This document shows positions 14,722-25,316 of a stretch of DNA of 64,000 bases, piece after piece. The notes under the pieces are model-generated. The model was given only the letters and a program-made list of their open reading frames with translations. It was not told where the DNA came from and made no database searches. Location of the stretch: the NCBI RefSeq assembly GCF_006345805.1, contig NC_042998.1, forward strand, positions 115,134,001-115,198,000, read 5' to 3'. Source of the DNA: Octopus sinensis (taxonomy: Eukaryota). How positions within the stretch are numbered: the stretch's first letter is position 1; every line of letters starts with the position of its first letter. The translations under genes were made by a program, and so were the position numbers.

Positions 14722-15235
14722 ATTATTTACATTTAAAAATATTTGTCCTCAACTTGTTTGTTTTTAACAGAACGTTTCGGCTGATATACACTCCAGTCTT
14801 CAAGTGTCTAAGAGAAATTTCGAACCTGGATTCTCATTCCTAAGGTATTTTCCGATGAAAATCCTCCTCCTCCTCCTCCTGTTGTTGTTGTTGTTGTTGT
14901 TGTTGTTGCTGTTGTTGTTGTTGTTGTTATTATTGTTATTTTTATTTTTATTATTCAGGTCTACTAACCCCAAGATTCCGAGTTCGATTCCAGGCAGTGA
15001 CCTGAATAATAACAGCAACAACAATAATAAGAAGAATAAGAGGAAGAAGAAGTAGGAGGAGAAGAAGAAGAAGAAGACAAAGAAGAATAAGAAAATCGAA
15101 AAATACCTTAGAAATGAGAACCCAGGTTTGAAATTTCTCCAAAACACGTAATTAGGGGTGGAGGGTATATCAGCCGAAAGGTTGTGTTAACAAGAAACAA
15201 TATGAGGACAAATATTCCTCCAATGTAAATAACAC
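14722..15235. mobile_element. Palindromic pair of a tRNA-derived SINE-like element (divergent arms)
   Basis: ~135-bp outer arms (14722-14860 vs 15095-15235) are reverse complements. The inner TTATTATTCAGGTC/GACCTGAATAATAA flank a 36-nt core with a B-box-like GAGTTCGATTCC. Confidence 0.75.
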
Positions 15236-15533
15236 GTTTTTATTCTGAAGTATAATTTTATATCTTACAATTTGTATTTGACATTAGATACTTGACTTTA
15301 CAAGATTGATATATATATCCTAATTCATATTTATAATGCATAATTTATAAATTTTAATTCTTCATATTACAAAGTATAATTTTTAGCTTTAATTTTTAAT
15401 TTTTAATCTTTTGTGCTTAATATTTAATTGATTATTTTTTAAAGAGATGTAAAATTAGATATATAAATATTTTGAAGAAAAACCTGAAGATGTATTGGAA
15501 TCATTGTAAATCTGATGATTGCTTATATATATA

Positions 15534-15589
<56 letters not shown>

Positions 15590-16236
15590 ATGTATGTATG
15601 TATGTATGAATGTAAACAATAGTGTGTCTGTCGCTTTAATCATCTACATAATACTAATATTGTCGCTATAATACATCTGCATGTAAATGGGCATTCACAT
15701 ATAAGTGTAAAGAGGATATGGATCCATGTATGAATGTACAGTGTTTGAAGTCGTCAAACATTTTGCCTCTTCATATGTATAGCTGAATAAAGTGATTCAG
15801 ATACTCAAAGTGTTGCACTTGCGTTGCGCAAACACTCGTCCTTAGCAAACATGAAGCTCAGGTACTCATGCACTTTTTTTCCAAATGCTCTGCAAGTCTA
15901 GGGCTTGCTTAGATTACAACGAAACAAAGATTTTTACGTTGTGACGGACGGACGGAATATTGCACACTGAACCGACAACGAAACGCCATGGTAAGTGTTA
16001 TTCTGTGTAGAGTAAACAGAAGCGGCTCACCATTCTCAAATGTCCTACGTTGCTGTGGTCTTCATTTAAGTGCCGTTGATATGTTAGATATGGAGTTTTA
16101 GTTTCCCACACTCGTAGTATTTTTTCCATCGTGAGGAAAATACGTCAACAAGAAAACGACACGTTTAAATATAAGCGCAAAACACACACATGCACACACA
16201 TACACGAACACACACACACATACATAAGTACATACA

Positions 16237-17129
16237 TAGTGGTCTGATCAATAAGTATCCAGATTGCTGCAATAGGAATGACGTTAAAGCACGCAGAGTA
16301 AAGCCTCGTGGCACAGTTTGACCTTGAACTGTGCTGTGTTAGCGCACTACGTTTTAACGTTCTAGCTCACTTCCACTGTTTACAGGTGCACTTGTAAGTA
16401 AAGTGTGTAACGTGTGATCGTCGCATTGATCAAGACGGAGAAAGATGAGCAGAGAATCTGCATAAAAGTCTGCCAAAGGTTTGGCAATACCTCCTCAGAG
16501 GCCTACGCAAAGTTTTCAAGAAGCCATTCATAGTTCGCGACACAATGAAGGAGCTCTCGAGGCAAATGAAACCCTAGTGTCCTTTTGGTCAGCTGAAAGC
16601 AGTTTTGACATAAACTTGGCAGACACACATCTCATATCTAAATCTTCAGGGATAATAGCCTGAACTAAAGCGTAACTAATCTGCACATCCTCTGATGACT
16701 CACGGATGGTGATTCAATGATTTCCTCCACAGTTGCACGCACATCTGCGATGTTTTTCTCAATTCTGCTGGTTGCGGGTCTCCCAAAACTTTCGTCAATA
16801 TCGACACTTTTCGACCATCTTGGAACGTCTGAACCACTTGTACACTTCTGTGCGACTCATGCACTCTTCTCCATACACTTTCTGCAACTTTGCGTAGGGC
16901 TCTGAGCAAGTTCACAATGACAACTTTTTCTGTCATGGTCAATGCGAGAATCACACGTTACGCACGTTACTTACTGGCACTGCTGTAAACAGGAGTGAGC
17001 TAAAACGTTAAAACTTTGTTAACATTCACAGCAGAGATCGAGGACAATTTGTGCCAAGCAGCTTTACTCTGCTGACTTTACCTTCGTCACTATAGTAACA
17101 TTCCGGATGCTTATTGATCAGACCGCGTA
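16237..17129. mobile_element. Mariner-derived foldback element with two inverted left ends
   Basis: Termini GTGGTCTGATCAATAAGTATCC / GGATGCTTATTGATCAGACCGCG. Inverted arms ~16237-16512 and ~16876-17129 both contain the transposase 5' end (TEK.EQRICIK...); the minus-strand copy continues to KLLSADQKD at ~16575. Confidence 0.85.
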
Positions 17130-17740
17130 TATACATTCATACGTACGTAAATGTGTGTGTGAGTGTGCGCGCCCGCACTTGCGCGAAATAAAGACATAAA
17201 CAAGCAGTAATCAGGCATCAAATCAATCTATAACATTGATATATTACATATTGAAGAGAAATACAAATATATGTACAAACCAGGAAGAGCCACTCCGCAA
17301 TGTTTAAAGTTCATAATAGTTCAGATGCAGTGCCTAAAGCACTGCAGTCTCATATCCCTGAACTTAACTTTGAAGATTACGCACTGGTTCGACCTGAGCA
17401 CTAATTGTATAAGTCTCTTGTGTTATAAGTATATATGTATGAGTGCATAAATATATATTTGTGTACATCTATATGTGTATATATGTGAGTGTGTGTGTGA
17501 TATGTGTGTGTGTGTGTGTTTTGTGTGTGTGTGTGTGTGTATAGGATCAGCTAATGCTTTTATTCAACATATTTCCTTGTCAGATTCACACACTTATCAC
17601 TTCAGTCCTTCAGTTTTCTAAGCCCTTTAAAAGAACTAGGAAGGTTGAGCCTAAAACCATGTCTTTCGCGATACCCTTCAAGCCAAGAACGTTTCAGCAT
17701 CCCTTCTCTCTCTCTCTCCCTCTCTCTGCGTATATCTGTA

Positions 17741-17809
<69 letters not shown>

Positions 17810-17833
17810 TATATGTATACATACATATGCATA

Positions 17834-19120
17834 CAGGGTGGGGAAGCAAAATTTACAATGACCGTTAAGTTGTTTTTTCTCAGGAGGCACTAAGTCAATT
17901 GTTTTGAAACCTAGCATATATTGACGTCATACTCATACATAACACTATTATCCTTACCTTTTCAGAAACTTTTGCCTCTATGAGTAATTAGGAAAGCAAA
18001 AGTCAAAGAGTGTGTGATTTTCTGAATGCACTCATCACACCAAAGGACATTTAAAAAATAGTTGGAGTGTCCATAAAGACTATTTATAATGTAAAGAATA
18101 GAATGACTATGAGCAAAACTATTACGAGGAAGCCTGGAAGTTGAGGAATCAACAAAAAGCGTACCAAAGCTTCTATTAAAGCTCTCAAATCCCAAATCCT
18201 AAAGGATCCAACCAAATCTATGAGAAAAATGGCAATTGAAATTGGGGTAGACAATAAGACCATTAGAAATGCTGTAAAATATGATTTGAGGTTAAAACCT
18301 TACACAAGAACACGAAAACACTTGTTGACAACAGCTATGAAGGAAAAGAGTTTGGAGAGGTGCAAGAAAATTATTACATGGTTCAAGAAAATGTCCTCCA
18401 TTATAACAATCTTTTCAGAGGAAAAGATCTTCACTGTCGATGCTGTTCTGAACAGCAGAAATGACAGATTTATCGCAAAATCAACAGCTGAGGTTAGGGG
18501 GACATTCAAAACAAAAGATCCTGCTCAAGTTATGGCTTTTGGTGTTGTGGCTTCCGATGGAAAGAAAATGCCTATAAAATTCTACAAAGCTGATGAAAAG
18601 ATCAATGTTAATTCTTACTACAAGACTCTGAGATACGAGGTATTGCCATGGCTTAAAGCAAACTACCCAGATGGTAATTATGTATGGACACAGGATGGTG
18701 CTCTAGCCCGCACAGCTAGAAAAATACAAGATTTCTGCAAATCCAACTTTAGCAATTTGTTTGAATCATGTTTATGACCGCTTTCTAGCCCAGATCTAAA
18801 CTCTCTGGATTATGCTATTTAGGGCGTGTTAGAACATGCTACCAATAGAACATCACACAGCAATGTCGACTCTCTTAAAGATACTATTAAAGAAGAATGG
18901 AAGAAGTTGTCTCCCGAATATTTGAGGAACGCCTGTGCAAGTTTCAGGAAGCGTGTGAAGGTAGTTATTGAGAAAGAAGAAGGACACATAGAATAAAAAT
19001 ATTTTCTATTATGTAAATTGTCTTGTGGCAAATAAATTCTCATGACTTTCAATAAACAAATTGGTCATACACTGTCTTTCAATCCCTGCCTCAAAATAAT
19101 GTAAATTTTGCTTCCCCACC

Positions 19121-19123
<3 letters not shown>
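17834..19123 (+). mobile_element. Full-length Tc1/mariner-superfamily DNA transposon, DD37D (maT) type, 1290 bp
   Basis: Perfect 24-bp TIRs CAGGGTGGGGAAGCAAAATTTACA / TGTAAATTTTGCTTCCCCACCCTG, TA on both sides, internal transposase frame. Confidence 0.95.
17980..18996 (+). pseudogene. DD37D transposase pseudogene (338 codons, single frame, 5 in-frame stops)
   Basis: Manual translation MSN*ESK...IFSEEKIF...WTQDGA...CL*PLSSPDLNSLDYAI*GVLE...EGHIE*. There are 37 residues between QD and the D of LDY; the first catalytic Asp reads Glu. Confidence 0.92.
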
Positions 19124-19156
<33 letters not shown>

Positions 19157-19248
19157 AAAGTTTACGAAAATAAACAAAAGACGAAGGCAGGTGAAGTACA
19201 AACAAACAAATGTATTAGTATAGCGCTCAGGAATAGAAATAGAAAAAG

Positions 19249-19284
19249 TTTTTACGTTTCGAGCCTACGCTCTTCGACAGAAAG
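19249..19284 (-). ncRNA. Minimal hammerhead variant (core CUGUCGA) in a short interspersed pLTR-like element (~19150-19350)
   Basis: Minus strand: CTTT-CTGTCGA-a-GAGC-gtag-GCTC-GAAAC-GTA-AAAA. A related copy lies at 45532-45567. Confidence 0.55.
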
Positions 19285-19357
19285 ATACACAGAAAAAAAC
19301 AAGGAGAGAAAAAAGTGTGTGTAGGAGCTAACGATCTATCATGGCGATCTATCAGGC

Positions 19358-19410
<53 letters not shown>

Positions 19411-20009
19411 TACTTGGAAAACGATGCGTGACGTTCGATCATATGATAATATGAATAATATATAAATATATGCATATATACATACATATATGTACATACC
19501 TACATATATATGCATATATACATGCATATATAGTATAGGACATCAAAAAAAAAAACGTTGAACACAATGGGAAACGAAAACATAAAAACAAAAACATAGA
19601 AACAAACTTTTTTGGAACAACGAAAAAAACAAACAGAAAAACATGACAAACAACTTAAAGAATATTCCCCTTTTTCAGTTGTGCCTGTTTCATCTACTCC
19701 ATGTTTCAAAACGTGGATTATATTAAACAGGGACAAATGAAGAAGAGCTGTGTGGTAAGTAGCTTGCTTACCAACCACATGGTTTCGGGTTCGGTTACAC
19801 TGCGTCGCACCTTGGGCAAGTGTTTTCTACTATAGCCTCGGGCCGACCAAAGCCTTGTGAGTGGATTTGGTTGACGGAAACTGAAAGACGCCCATCGTAT
19901 GGATGCATGAATAAATGTATGTATCTATGTATGTATATATGTATGTATGTATGTATTTATATATATATGTATATATGTGTGTGCGTGTGTATGACACTGT
20001 GTCTGTGTT

Positions 20010-20205
20010 TGTCCTCCCAATATCACTTGACAACCGATACTGGTGTGCTTACGTACCCTTAACGTGTTGGTTCGGCACACGAGACCGATAGAATAGAATA
20101 AGTACTAAATTTACACAGAATAAGTCCTGGAGTTGATTTTCTCGACAAAAGGTTGTGCGGTGCTTTATCACGACCGTAGTCAAATGAGTGAAACAAGCAA
20201 AAGAA
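20010..20205 (+). mobile_element. Interspersed SINE 3' module (copies 1307-1465 +, 6040-6095 -, 45245-45450 -, 46035-46152 +, 59533-59735 -, 62780-62990 -)
   Basis: Recurring ...TAACTTAGCGGTTCGGCAAAAGAGACCGATAGAATAAG...GGTGCTCCAGCATGGC..CAGTCAAATGACTGAAACAAGTAAAAGA. Confidence 0.82.
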
Positions 20206-20207
20206 TA

Positions 20208-20275
<68 letters not shown>

Positions 20276-20787
20276 TATATATATGTACAAAAAAAATTCT
20301 CTTGTATTGTATAGGCAGTAGTTTGAAGTGCCCGAAGCGCAAAATATACAAAATGATGAACAATTAAACATATATTCTGCCATGGATCGACGTATCTCAT
20401 TTCATAAATATACAAATATGTCAGTCATTAAAATAGTAAAACGTATAAAAAATCTATGAATACATAAATATATATAAATTAATATACATATATAAATAGA
20501 CGAATGGGATTAAGTTCTAAAAGTGTAGATCTATTAAAGTATAGATGTATAAAAATATATAGAGATATATTTAGAATTACAGTCGTATTAAAAGGCGCCG
20601 TAGAACGGCGTAGTAAAAAAAAATTAAGAATAAATATGCTCTAACGAAAATGTGAATAAAATAAAGTCTTAGGAAAAGAGCGAATAACGAAGAATCGTAG
20701 CATTAAGATTGGAGTTTTCAAAAAATGTATATAAAAAATTCAAGAGAATAAGTAATCCTGTTTAAATAAACTGTTATTGGTAATCAT

Positions 20788-20874
20788 CTTACGGCCGTTT
20801 CAGAGGCATAGTAATCCATAGATTTTAAGGGTGTTTTCACTCCCAAAATTGGATACTGCCTCCTTCATCAGAGA
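20788..20874 (-). ncRNA. Solo type I hammerhead ribozyme with long stem II
   Basis: Minus strand: TCT-CTGATGA-a-GGAGGCA-GTATCCA...TGGATTAC-ta-TGCCTCT-GAAA-C-GGCC-GTA-AGA. Palindromic ACGGCCGT stem III, GUA cleavage, stem I only 3 bp. Confidence 0.72.
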
Positions 20875-22148
20875 ATATATTATTCAGGATTCCCATTTCG
20901 TACAATGTTGCACTAGATAGATGAGCTTTAGTTTTATAGGAAAGTGCCATTGTTAGCAGGAAGAGGAAATGGTATAGCAGGAATTATAGGAAATGCAATT
21001 TAGAAAATGTTGTAAATGTCAGACTTGTAATTGATCAATATGAAATTACAGGAAGGCAGGAAATGTAGAGATTAAGTGAAATGTAGATAATTAGAAATTT
21101 AATGGTTAATTTATCAAGATTTATCCTGTGGCTACAGGAAAATATAATATATTTATATATGTAATATAAGTTGATATATATATATATATACGTAGATATA
21201 TATCTATTTTAAAGTGTGGAATACGAATTCGTGCTTTAATTGGAGTAAAGTTTTCAAAAAACTTTTAATGTTGTTTCTTCATACTTTTCTTTGAATTTAC
21301 AAGTGTAAATTAGCGTAGATATGAAACGTTATATAGATATATTAATTATATGATTTAACTTATTAAACAGAATTCAACAAATCCATTCATATTTTCCGAT
21401 AATGGAAGAGATTACATGTTACTATAGATGATAATTTTTTATCCATGTAACTATTTGATCGTTGCATACAGAAAGGCAATAAATTTATTTTAAGAATTGA
21501 GTTGTGAAAAAGTAATCGTCAGTAGCCAAAAAATAAGAAAAAAGCTAAAAACTTGTTATAAGTACATAGGAATGGTGTTATTACTCATTTTTGCAATGTC
21601 TTATTGTCATTGGAGTCTTGTCTATTTAAACCAGACTAAAAGGTAACATTTAGATGCTGATATATATAATGCTAATAAGGGTAACATTCTCTCTATAGAT
21701 TTGTATAAAGGAGCTAGTTTATATGAAGTCAAAATTGGCGAAGCTGTATTATAAGCAAAAGACAAACCAAATAAGAAAGTACAATATTTCGAAATACTGG
21801 AGATCAAGGCATATATTCAACTGTCAATAATCAATACGGCTTAGTAATTAATTCGAAAAAATTGTTTAATTGTAATGGTAAATGTTTTCTGGTTTATAAA
21901 ATTTAAAAGTAAAATGTTTTTTTTAAAAATAATATGCTTAAATTTTATAGAAAAAGGTAAGTGTAATATTACTGAATTTAGTTAAACTGATAGAAGGATA
22001 TATGAAGTGATAGATACTAAAAGTCGGTTAATAAAATAAAAAATAAAAAGTGAAAATTAAAAATAATAAATAATAAATATTGAAGATGTATATGTGTATG
22101 TGTGTGTACATATACGTGTATATGTGCATGTATATATATTTGTATATA

Positions 22149-22193
<45 letters not shown>

Positions 22194-22266
22194 CTATTAG
22201 GGAATAAATCCAAATTTACAGGGAAAAATCAGATTTAGGATTGAATCCATTTTATAGTAAAATATT

Positions 22267-22442
22267 ATATTATAATAATTAGAGACAAAACCACTATTAT
22301 GCAAATCAAACAAAGAAAGACTTGAGCCAATACATTTAAAATTTTAATTATACTTAATTTATATAAAAAATTTTATGTATTGGCTTAAGTTTTCTTTGTT
22401 TGATTTGCATAATAGTGGTTTTGTCTCTAATTATTATAATAT
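22267..22442. repeat. Near-perfect ~68-bp inverted repeat (pLTR tail palindrome)
   Basis: ATATTATAATAATTAGAGACAAAACCACTATTATGCAAATCAAACAAAGAAAGACTTGAGCCAATACAT vs its revcomp at 22376-22442. The arm is homologous to 45715-45780, next to the 45798 hammerhead. Confidence 0.9.
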
Positions 22443-22971
22443 ATATATATATATATATACACACATGACGAGCCTCTTTCGGCTTCCGCCCACCAAATTC
22501 ACTCACAAAGCTTGGGTCAGCCCAAGGCTATACTAGAAGACACCTGCACAAGCTGCCATGCAGTAGGACTGAAGTCAGAACCATGCGTGTGGGAAGCAAT
22601 CTTACCTCACAGTCACGCCTGAAAGAATATAACATGAATGTGGATGATTTGAGTTGAATAATCAAAATGGAAAATAAGTAGATCTTTAATTAAAAGGTTT
22701 TTATTGAAAAAATCCACCAGTTATGGAATTTTGTTTTATTTGACGCCTCGTTCTATTGGATACGCTCGAAAGATTAGTCAGAAAAGATTTAGAACAGAAA
22801 ACTTAATCCCCTTGTTAGCGATGTAAAAGTATTAAAATATCATTTAAATTGTTCAAAATGCAAAAATTAAAAAGAAAAAATAAAGTATATTATGAAAATC
22901 CTTTAGGGCGATGATTCAACATGGCTACAGTCCCGTGACTGAAACAAGTAGAAGAATTAAAGAATATATTA

Positions 22972-23002
<31 letters not shown>

Positions 23003-23342
23003 TGTATGTATGTATGTATGTATGTGTGCGTATGAATGTATGTAATTATGTGTGTGTCTGTGTGTATGTATATATGTATATATATATATATATTATATAT
23101 ATATATATATTATATATATATGTATGTGTATATACATTTATATACGTATATGTATGTGTGTATGTATATATGTGTGCGCGCGCGTGTATGTATACATGTA
23201 TATATATACATATAACTATAGACACATATATGCATGTATGTATGCATGTACGTTTGTTTGCTTATGTATAAATGAGTGGTTATATAGATTCACACATATA
23301 TATATATATATATATGTTTGTTTGTGTGTGTGTGTGTGTGTG

Positions 23343-23374
<32 letters not shown>

Positions 23375-23779
23375 GCTCCCTGTGTAAGACTGTATGCATG
23401 TACATATAACTGCTACGCCAAGGACTGCAAAGTGCCCTACTACGTGTGTATGTCACATTAAGTTTCTAAAGTTGTCCTTTCACACTTTCTTTGATTTTTA
23501 AATTGATTACACACTGAAATCTTTGACATATTTATTAATTAGTCTCTAATTACTCTACTCTGTAACTCGGTTAAAAGCCTGTCAGCGATGTGTACACCTG
23601 CAACTTTGCAAACAGCCTTTGTCACAGTTGATCGGCAGCTAAATGAACTGATGTTTAACTTGTACGAAACGAACTTGTTTTGTTGAAATAATTCATTACA
23701 TGTAACTTGTCTGCAGTGTCATATCCATTGATGTGGTAACTGATTAGATTGTGTTATATATACTTAAACAAACAATGCC

Positions 23780-24330
23780 AATTAGATAAATAGCGGAACT
23801 TCTTGTTCTTAAAAAAATCGATTTCAAATCACGGTAACTAGTTGGTTTTGTATTATTGATGGAGGTGTTTGTAAAGTCTTTGAAACTTTGGAAGAAATCG
23901 CTAGCGAGTTTGATTAGCATGAAAAAAAGAGATACCACTTCGATCATCAAAACCCTTGCATCAGTAGTACGACTGTGTTGAAGTGGTTAAAAACCTGCTC
24001 GATTATTACAGAGAGGTGCCAGTGCCAAAATCGGTTATGATCCGTCTTGAAGCTTCCTGTCAAGTTCACGAGGGGCGCTGATACGAACAGTGCAGGTAGG
24101 ATATATTTATACGTCAACACGATACATCACTCGCCTTCTTTGTCCAATCTTTCCGGACAGCTTCATCATGGAACAATTCTGGATAAGCCTGGCTTACCTT
24201 CCTTGTAAACTTGAAGTGGGCTGATGTCTTTCATATCGACAAAATCCTTCAAAATTGACGTGCTTTGAAGAAACTATGCCCTATTGATGAAGATTTGTTC
24301 GAACGATCGTGTACGACAGGTAAATTTGAA
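23780..24330 (+). mobile_element. Possible highly decayed Penelope-like GIY-YIG 3' end
   Basis: TILDKPGLPSL..SGLMSFISTKSFKIDV resembles the PLE endonuclease C-terminus, followed by TTGATGA..TC-GAA-CGATCG-T (eroded hammerhead with ACGATCGT palindrome). Confidence 0.35.
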
Positions 24331-25284
24331 TCATATTTAAGAGTCATATAGCATTTGTAAGCATGTTGCTCTTGTTGTTATTATCACAAGAGATACTTAA
24401 TATACTGTAATATTCTGTTGAACTGTTCTTTACTTTCTTTATTTTATTTTCGGCATTTCTTTGTGTTCATTGGTATATTTTTGTTTTACGTTTTGTTTCA
24501 TATTGTTCATTGTTTCATTCAATGTAATTTCAGTGGGGGTGACTCGAGAAAAGAAGAATCCATTTTTGTGCTTTAGCATTATATAATAGCATTATTATAA
24601 TAGAATAAAAAGGGATATAAGTTTTAAAACGATCTTATTGCGCAATCTGGACAAAAGGTAGACATTTCACGTAGTCACTACGTGAAATAAAACCCAAAAG
24701 TAAAAAGTATTTATGAATAACATTTGTAAAACATCAAGAAATATCGAAGCAGAATTTAAGAATGTCTGACCAGAGTCAGCAGCAACACAACAACAAAAAC
24801 AACAACAATTATTATTATTATTATTATTATTATTTTATTATTATTATTATTTATTATTATTATTATTATCATCATTATTATTATTATTATTATCATTATT
24901 ATTATTATCATTATTATTATTATCACGACCACAACAATGACGGTGACAACGATGGCGGCTACAACAAAAGTGGCAGCAGCAAAAACGATTACGATGCTAG
25001 AAGACACAATAACCCTATCCTTTCCATAGATAATATTATTGTTGTTATTAATTGAAGTCAACGGCTAAAGAGATAATGGCTATAATTCAGTTCTACTTCT
25101 CAATCATATATCACCGCGGGCAAAAGTAACGTAGTCTTACTCAATGCCGTTGGCTGGATTACGAAATTATTCTCTGCTGTCCAAGTATAAATATACATAC
25201 ATATACATATGTACATATAAAGGTGTATATAACCATACACACAATTATATCAAGAATTAGACCTATATACATACACAAACATAC

Positions 25285-25316
<32 letters not shown>

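Noticed and set aside
14960-15000. tRNA gene (B-box GAGTTCGATTCC)
   Set aside because: Only a truncated SINE head; no A-box, acceptor stem or cloverleaf.
18220-18777. Active transposase gene
   Set aside because: The ORF is the middle of a pseudogene bounded by in-frame stops; the HTH start and third catalytic Asp lie outside it, and the first Asp is mutated.
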